Source: Bugula neritina (taxonomy: Eukaryota > Animalia > Bryozoa). Taken from it: 64,000 nucleotides of DNA. The notes beneath the pieces are model-generated. The model was given only the letters and a program-made list of their open reading frames with translations, had not been told where the DNA came from and ran no database searches. The DNA lies in contig OZ037765.1 in assembly GCA_964035545.1 (NCBI GenBank), positions 9,806,698 to 9,870,697 of the forward strand, written 5' to 3'. Of the stretch, positions 55,801-64,000 are shown piece by piece. Position 1 is the stretch's first letter. Each line of letters opens with the position of its first letter. Made by a program: the position numbers and the translations under genes.

Positions 55801-58800
55801 ATATTAAGGCTTAAAAAATTGTGCATCACTATAGCAATATTACAGGCAGTGTTGCATTAGATTGGGATTAACAGAGATTTTGACCTAAATCTTATTAAGA
55901 TTAAAATCTAAAAGGGTGGTCAACCACAAAACCTATAAAAATCTATACCACAAATGGAATGTCAGAATTTTCTTCTTTATTTCATGCTAGAGTAAAACCA
56001 GCAATGTGCCTGTTTTAGATTGATACTTAAAGCATGGTTGACTAGTTACACACACACACACAGTATTCAACTATCCAGAAATATCTAAGCTGTCAGCTAA
56101 ATACAGTTTCAGAGTTGCGCACCCTTACAAGTTGGTTTTTTAAATGCATTCTGTACAAATGTTTATTACATGTTATTTTTGATTTTAGGTAGAAATGGCA
56201 CAGGTAAAAATGGCATAGGTAATGATAGCAAAAATGAAAAAGTAGGTAAAAATGGCACACTAATGTTAAATTTTCCCAAATTTCAAATGCAAACCCCAAA
56301 CTCAACCCCCATCCTTAAATCTAACCCCTCCCCCATTCCAAACACCAAACCACCACCCCAAACTCTAATTTTGAAAATGTGCCGTTTTTACATACTTTGC
56401 CGTTTGTACCATTATTACCTGGGCAGCTGTGCCATTTTTACCGGACACCGTTATTCTTAGCTGATGCAACTCACTAGAATTGTTTCAAAGTCTGAAACGT
56501 AGACTGTTAAGTGAGGAAACATGTAAAGCTACCTTTCGAGAGATACCAAGAGTCAAAGTTACTTTCTATTGAAATATTAAACATCCGAATAACAAAGACA
56601 ATATGTAACTATAGGAACTAATATCATTACTTTAATAAGAACTCGAGCAATAGCTGAGGGGATGTGAAATATTTGATTTTAGGTCAAAATGCCAATGCGT
56701 GACAGAAGCATAGCACAATTTTGAGCAGCGGGCAGGCCCCTCTCCAATCAGAAGGGCTGAAGTAGTTTGAGTAAACAATAATATAATTTATAATTCATGC
56801 CAAGTAATGATAAACTAAAAACTATAACAATCAAATTTGAACCTATTATATATTAACCAAATTAAATAGCACTATTGCAATCACGTGAGTAAAATCATAT
56901 TGCAAATATAAAACAAGAAGTAGATGATTTTAATTTTTATCTAGCTTTATTGCAAGTGCATACTCAAACTTATATATGCATTCAGTTCAAATATTCAAAT
57001 TAATTCACTATAATCATTATTCAATTTAGTAATCAGCCACAATTGGAAACTAATTATGCTGTGATAATAATAATATATTGACTGAAATATCAAACCAGCT
57101 CACAGTAGGAAATTGGTTTTGCATGACAATAGACAACTATTACAAGTTATTATTACTAATACAAATTTGTTAAGGATGCCAACAGTAACTGATAACTACA
57201 ATTACTTAAATGATAATCATAACAAATTATTCATTGAGCAAGCTATTGTATGCATAACACCCAAATAAATGTTCGACAGGGCAACTATAAGTAACACCAT
57301 TGACAAAATATTCATAAAAAAAGAAATATAATGCTGGAGGTTCTAGCTGGCAATATTTGTCTAATGTCTATCTATGATAGTTTTTACTATTTTCTCCACC
57401 CTACAGCACCATCACAATTAAGTTGTCCAAGCTGAGAAATTAATTAAAGTCAAAAAAATGTAATAAAATTTCAATTTAGTTACACAGGTATACTGCTGTG
57501 TTTGATATTTTTGCTGATTTTAATACTATATACATGTAACTTTTCAGCTCTTTTTAAATAAAAAAGTTTTCGATTTTTTTCTGCAACATTGAGACTTAGA
57601 ACTTGAACTGATAAAACAGCAGATAAACTGTACATACCAAAGACTTGAGGGATATTATGTCTGGAATGACAGTCTCAACAAAACTCTTCTTCAATAGTTT
57701 AGTAACTTGAACAGTGGCGGCTTTAGCAGTGTTAGCTTGACTGGGAGTCATCTCCTCCGAACCATCTATCAGTGCCTCCGTACTTGCTTTAGTTATGCTC
57801 AGTTTTATATTCTAGAACAGTTAACACTCAAAGTTTTATTTCAAAGTCAAAAATAGAGAAGCTTCAAACTCAGAAGTTGACTGTAAGATACCTTAGACTG
57901 TAAGATACCTTAGACTGTAAGATACCTAAGACTGTAAGATACCTAAGACTGTAGGATACCTTAGACTGTAGGATACCTTAGACTGTAGGATACCTTAGAC
58001 TGTAGGATACCTTAGACTGTAAAATACCTTAGACTGTAGGATACCTTAGACTGTAGGATACCTTAGACTGTAAGATACCTTAGACTGTAAGATACCTTAG
58101 ACTGTAAGATACTGAGAGCATCGATAAGGATGGCAGCAGGCTGCTCAGAATTTAGTGGTAAAGTCTTTTCGACGGCAGCAGATAGAACGTCTTGACAGAG
58201 TTTCTCTGTGGTGCTGAACTTCTGAGAGTCGGTCATGTACTCCAGCATGAAACAGTATATTGAATGGCGCTTATCAAAGTTATCCTCTCCAGCCAATGAG
58301 AATAGCTTTCTCTCGTTTCCAGTTTGGGGAAAACGATTGTAACCTGACATAACACACAATTGATTGATTGATTGATTTATTACATATCCCAGACATGAAA
58401 ACACATTGTGAAATTCAGTGTAAATACTGGCTATAATAAGTAGTTTTTTTCGTCTGGTGAAAACACAATGTAGCAATGTATAATAGAGGGTTGCTTTCAT
58501 AAAATAGTAAAAAGATATTAGCCTCCTGATAAAAATGGTCCCACAACTAAAAAACCATTAGCATGAAAATCCTTTTAGCAATTTGACATATTTCCCTGAC
58601 TTCAACAGCCTTTGGAGTTACAAATACCTCCCGTAGAAAATCATAAGAAAGATTAGCTCATAATATATAACAGATCATTAACTTCATTTGCACAGATTAA
58701 CCATACAGTGACACGTCTCAAGTCCGTAATTTATATTACTGGCATAGCTTAATGCTTCTAGACGGTAAATAATTATTTAGTCTGCAAATACGCCGCAGGT

Positions 58801-61800
58801 ACAATGACCAGAGAGACAAATCATTAGGATTACTTAGTGTAATGTATGACTTGCAAGAGCTAGTTACATATACTCACTCTTGTGTCCAGTGTAGTCATTG
58901 AAATGAAAAAGACATTCTACAAAGTGCTGTGTGTACATCCCTTTTTGTCGCTTGGATAGTTCGTGGATGAATGTCACCTTTGCTGTTAAACGCAGCAGTT
59001 CATTATATTATGTCAGGTATACTGAACTGCATTACAATACAATACCGTATGCTTATAATACAATACTATATGCCCATAATATATATCGTATGATCATAAT
59101 ACAATACTGCAGGCTTATAATACAATATTATATGCCCATAATACAATACTGCAGGCTTATAATACAATACTGTATGCTCATAATACATTACTATATTCCC
59201 ATAATGCAACAATATAATATGCTCACAATACAATAACTGTATGTTCATAACACAATACTATAAACCATAATACTAGGCTTCAACCTTATAATACTATATT
59301 GTAACCTCATATCACACACAATACATTAACTTGCATTATGATTTTAATGCAGCTCTGCATTATAATACTATAATTCTATATAGTTACAACTCTATATCAA
59401 AATTACAATGTCAAAATTGCAATAAATATGCTCCGGTGACATTTATTGCTATAAGGAAAGATAAGAGCACTACTACACCCCGTATAGCAGGCCATGCGAG
59501 TGGAGCAGCAGAAACATACAAGCTTACCAAGCTCAGCCACATCGGAATCCTCACTAACTATGCAGGATATAAACCTGTAGAACAGAGAGCCTCTCCACTT
59601 CAGGAAGTCTTCCTGGAGCAGACGAGTCAGACTGATGAAAGTGGTTTTATTCACACCGGGATCTTTATCCTTCAGACAGGAGGATATGCTACTTATATAC
59701 GGGCCAACGGCGTTGGTGTACCTAACATACGAAGCAGAACATACAGCAGCATGCATTATATACTCCAACAGCATGCTCATGTGAGAGCATAAACACAGTA
59801 CAGCCAGAATACCCATCGGTTCAAACAGGCTGATGCAGCAGGCTTTACACAGTACACACAGCAAAAGTAGATGGGGAGATAACTCACAATTTGCACAGAT
59901 CACATATGATAGTCACTGCTGTTTTCTTGATGACTGAATCAGTCGACAGCTCGAGTTCCCTTGCCAATACGGGAATCGTCTGCTTAGCAAGCTGCTCGTG
60001 CTGTAAACACATCTGACCTGCAATGCCAACGAGTCAGCAATAAAATGTTAAGGGCAGACAATACCTTATATACTTTACCCACAATTGCTTGGGTAGAAAA
60101 GGCCAGCAATGATATTTAAAATGAGAAAACAATAATTCATTCACAAAACCTACCAATACAGTGAACTGTAGCTCGTCGGAGATATGCAGGTAGCAGACCT
60201 CCAGCAAGGTCACTAATAAACTTTGGTTGTTTCCTTTCATCTAAAACACCGGTTCCCTTTTCTACAATATATACACAGAGTCAGTTAGCTGGTGCAAATA
60301 AATTGACTGTATGAATAGATCAACTTTGTGAGAAAAAAGTCCTACAACCCCCCCCCCCCCCCCCCCCACTGCCAGAAATAAAATCCACTAGGTTCTAAGA
60401 CAAAGTTAGAACTCAAAACAGAAACATTAGGAAGCCCCTAAGCTGTTGAATGTCATCATCAATAGTTATTTTGATTTACTCAGTATAAGAATTAAACCGC
60501 ACTTATTTGGCATCTAATTAATCTCTCACCTTGAACTTTAGGAGTGATGAGAAGGCACTGGACAATCTGAATAAGCTTGTTGGAGACAGCTGTGGGACTA
60601 TGTAGACAGACTTCTCCAAGTGTGATCAGGTAGTGCGGCATCTTGGAGACATCTTGTTTATCTGTTAACACGTACGTAGTACATACTAATGTTAGCTGCA
60701 GCTGCCTTATATATACATACATACATATGATACCTCACCAAGTCTTGGTAACAGATAGACCCCTGTGTCATAACCCAAAGCAATATACTAGCACTACCCG
60801 CTCAAGATCCATGCAAACTATGAAGAAGCAAAAACGCCTCTCTTTCTGGTAGACAATCGAGAATTTGCTTAGTGAGATCTCTACTATTGAAATAGTAACA
60901 AAAATATTATAAATATTTTTTTTTGGAAAAAATCCCTTATTTGTTTTTAGTGTCAAATCAGAGCTGAATATCAACAATAAGAATAACATTAATTCAGCAA
61001 ACTGCAATTTTTTTAACTCAAAACTACATGCATGGGAATCACCCTATAAACCTATCTTATTGTACATTATTCATCTGCAATATACAGCTATTTACCTTGA
61101 CAAGCAATCCGAGTTTTGCAAGAAAAATAAATTTTGTTATACTTTGTGTACTACATGCAGAGAACCTACCATATTGGTCACCATATACAATATCAGATAG
61201 ATAAGTTTCAATTTCAGCCGTCATGTCCTTGACCCAGCTGTTATCACTGCCTTCAGCCTCCATCAACTGCATTATTGAGCACAGTGGTACATACAGTATT
61301 GAGTACAGTGTTACATTAAATGAGTTGAATATTACACATTTTACAATTCTGTAAAATCCAAGATGTTGTTGAAACACATTTTACAATTACAACATAGGTT
61401 GAGACTTATCGATAGCATGCATATAATATTATGCACAGTACTATACACAATACATTATACATAGTATTATACAGATAGTATTACAAAGAGCACTACGCAC
61501 AGAAACACATGGATAATACGCATAGTAATACACATGATAAAACAAACTTTATTCACAGTGTGATACACGATAACACACAGAAAATTATACATAAAGAGTT
61601 TTGAAATAAATTCCATTAACGAATAATTGAACTGTGCTATGATACAGTAGAGCAGACATAATACCTGTGACAGGGCAACCACCATGTATTTGATGGTAGA
61701 GAGAGCAATTCTATACGTTTTCAGGTTAGTAATTAAATGTCGTATGATTTTATTTCTGTTGGATGAACTCATATGTCTAGCTAGACTTGTGATTGTAGTT

Positions 61801-64000
61801 AGGACAAACATCTTCACTGATTGGTCCATATTGCTGCTATTCTCTAACCACTGAGACGCTACAATGTCTGATGCATTGCCTCCAAATGTTGACAACACTG
61901 GACAGGTGATAGACAGCAACATCCATGCCTCCTAGAGTGAGATATTAAATATTAGACATATGACAGTGAAAAGCATTCACCAATTTCTTCCAAATCTACA
62001 AACATGGCTTTGCTGGAACTTACATAACTTTATATTAGCTCAATTATATGGATAAGACAGAATATATTTTATCAATACCAAAGTGTTGATTCCTGTAGAA
62101 TAAAGTTGAGAAAGCCTACTGTTTCAACACACACAAAAAAAGGCTAAGTAGACATGCAAAAGTATGATTCTCACACTTTATTTGGAGCAAATGGCTGGAA
62201 TAAGACTATAGAGCCATTATGTGATTATAACACAGCAGTAGGTAGAAGAATGACTGCAGATCACATACCTTACTATGTTCAGTATCTATATACTGAGACA
62301 GACTGTGAATAATGCTAGTAGGCAAGTTGCATGTCTTGTGCAAGTGCACGCAGATAGAATGCAGCATGTTCCTGAGAGAAGACAACTTCTCTGTGTTTAT
62401 CATTGAACATAATTTCCACACTAGAGTTTCTTGGGCAGAGCCAGTTCCAGCACTACAAATGAAAGAAAGCCTACTTACAGCTGAACTTGTCACGTCCCTT
62501 TCATTTACAACATAAATCTAATAACCATCAAACATTAATCAGCATCAGACTATTCTTCAACAAGTAAATTCAGCATACTTAAATTATTAAAAACAAGGTG
62601 AAATCTCCTGGTGGATTAACAAACCTTTAGAACCAACATCAATTCAACACTTGATCTAATTAAAAAAACAAGTAATGTTTTGCAACTCATCACATAGATT
62701 TATAAGTACAGACTGTTGACCATTTGAATGTCTAGTACGAAACACGAAAGATCCAGTTATGGAGGTTCTGGCTCTAGGAGGCGCCTACCTTGGAGGGATA
62801 TTCTCAAAAATCACCGACTTGACAGAATGCCAACATTTCTCCTGAACAGAACTCTCGTTGTCATCATGGCAAGGAAGAACACCAGTCAACCATGCTCTAG
62901 AAACAGACAGGCAAGCAGTCAACTATATGCACAGTGTCATGGCATTATGCACAATAGCATACCCATGAAATTAAAGTTTAGTTCAAGTATATTAAAACTA
63001 GTCTATCTATATTCATGCATTTCATATTGATATGAAGCATTTATATATATTTTATATTCAATATAAGAATATATTTATATTAAATATGTTAATTAAACTA
63101 GTGGTTTGTGTACTTACCACGTATCTTGATATACTTACCGCAGTATATTGATGTACTTACCACAGTATATTGATATACTTACCACAGTATATTGATGTAC
63201 TTACCACAGTATATTGATGTACTTACCACAGTATATTGATGTACTTACTACAGTATATTGATGTACTTACTACAGTATATTGATGTACTTACTACAGTAT
63301 ATTGATGTACTTACTACAGTATATTGATGTACTTACTACAGTATATTGATGTACTTACTACAGTATATTAATATACTTACCACAGTATATTGATATACTT
63401 ACAGCAGAACGTCAGAGTTGTTTGGGTAGAGTTGCAAGAGGTGAGTTAGACTCTGTATAGCCTGTTTCCTTATTGGCACAGCCAAGTCCCGACAGTGCTC
63501 TTTTATTATACCAAGCTCCTACAGAGAAGATGAAAACAGAGGCTAAGATAAACTCATACCTTGCACACCGTGTACCAGTTTCTACACTATAATCACAGTT
63601 AAGATACTAGAAATGGGCAGTATCAGATAGTATAGGTTAAAAAAGCTTTGAATTTTTTAGGAAAGTAATTTTTCTAAAAATAAATTTGAGACACATCAAC
63701 AACTGTTCTTGCAGTTTTGAATTTTCAAAAAGAAAGATTATCATTGAATTCTTTATCATACAACAGAGTGGGTAAAATTATATTTTGCTTAGATATTGAA
63801 TCTAGAAAACCCAAGTTGACAGCACAAAATCCATAAAAGTGAACGTTACAAAAAGAATGACTTGTGTGCTACAATGTCTTACAATCCCACACAGTTTTGA
63901 ACAAGAAGCTGCGAAAAGGCAAAAATTACAGCTACAAATACATTCTGATCCCATATTGATTCTCCACAGCAAATTTCGAAGCCAAAAATAAAGTTTCCAA
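49846..64000 (-). CDS. NCAPD3: Condensin-2 complex subunit D3 (HEAT-repeat protein), 5'-partial, ~947 aa in window
   Basis: Exons 64000-63942 (partial, less certain), 63518-63403, 62896-62789, 62452-62269, 61931-61665, 61266-61170, 60661-60530, 60240-60154, 60017-59888, 59721-59528, 58982-58878, 58343-58096, 57811-57638, 54081-53997, 53820-53692, 53552-53372, 52643-52547, 51608-51476, 51172-51095, 50421-50315 and 49980-49846 splice in frame. Diagnostic motifs: HCRDLAVPIRKQAIQSLT, GQMCLQHEQLAK..LARELE, LTRLLQEDFLKWRGSLFYRF, FHFNDY..H..YNRFPQ..ERKLFSL, QLSAELTFDIRKF, RAISTP..DVTF. Ends in basic RKRK. Confidence 0.95.
51615..51818. repeat. 22-bp minisatellite (~9-10 units) abutting an NCAPD3 3' splice site
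   Basis: ACAGTAGAATATATACATACAT units at 51619, 51641, 51663, 51685, 51703, 51725, 51747, 51769 and 51791. Confidence 0.9.
54742..54875 (+). mobile_element. Probable 5'-truncated LINE 3' end (L2/CR1-group-like) in an NCAPD3 intron
   Basis: A GC-richer hairpin-like segment is followed by a T-rich tract, AATAAA and a (CAAA)n tail; TTAAT lies on both flanks. Confidence 0.45.
56188..56450. mobile_element. Foldback-like non-autonomous DNA element with GGTAAAAATGGCAC subterminal repeats
   Basis: Three to four GGTA(A/G)AAATGGCA motifs on the left, inverted TGCCATTTTTACC / TGCCGTTTTTAC on the right, central degenerate CCCCAAA/CTAACCC tract. Confidence 0.65.
57879..58112. repeat. 17-bp minisatellite x ~13.8 spanning an NCAPD3 exon-intron junction
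   Basis: Unit GACTGTA(A/G)GATACCTTA; on the coding strand TACAGTCTAAG|GTATCT, overlapping the exon end at 58096. Confidence 0.95.
59030..59300. repeat. Degenerate 21-bp minisatellite (ATAATACAATACTGTATGCTC-like)
   Basis: Recurrent ATAATACAATA at ~21-bp period within an NCAPD3 intron. Confidence 0.8.
63111..63402. repeat. 22-bp minisatellite x 14 starting at an NCAPD3 5' splice site
   Basis: TACTTAC (GTAAGTA on the coding strand) at 63111, 63132, then every 22 bp to 63396. Confidence 0.95.

Overview
AT-rich, intron-containing eukaryotic DNA, most consistent with an invertebrate animal (GT-AG introns, TATA plus TCAGT initiator promoters, tRNA-derived SINEs, MITEs); no prokaryotic features, CRISPR or rRNA. 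By hand-splicing exons I find four protein-coding genes, all on the minus strand. (1) The 3' part of condensin-II subunit NCAPD3 (21 exons, 49846-64000, 5' end outside the window). (2) A complete 9-exon secreted alpha-carbonic anhydrase (36163-39687, 324 aa) with intact zinc ligands and an unusual protamine-like Arg-rich tail on its own exon. (3) A ~1520-aa coiled-coil protein whose C-terminus resembles ODF2/cenexin (26309-32743). (4) The signal-peptide first exon, and probably a 33-nt second exon, of an unidentified secreted protein (2651-2872) that likely continues leftward. The rest is non-coding: long micro- and minisatellites, two tRNA-headed repeat families, several MITEs and a decayed LINE. 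The most interesting signals are the poly-Arg carbonic anhydrase and minisatellites that tandemly amplify NCAPD3 splice donor sites. All family assignments come from recalled motifs, not database searches.
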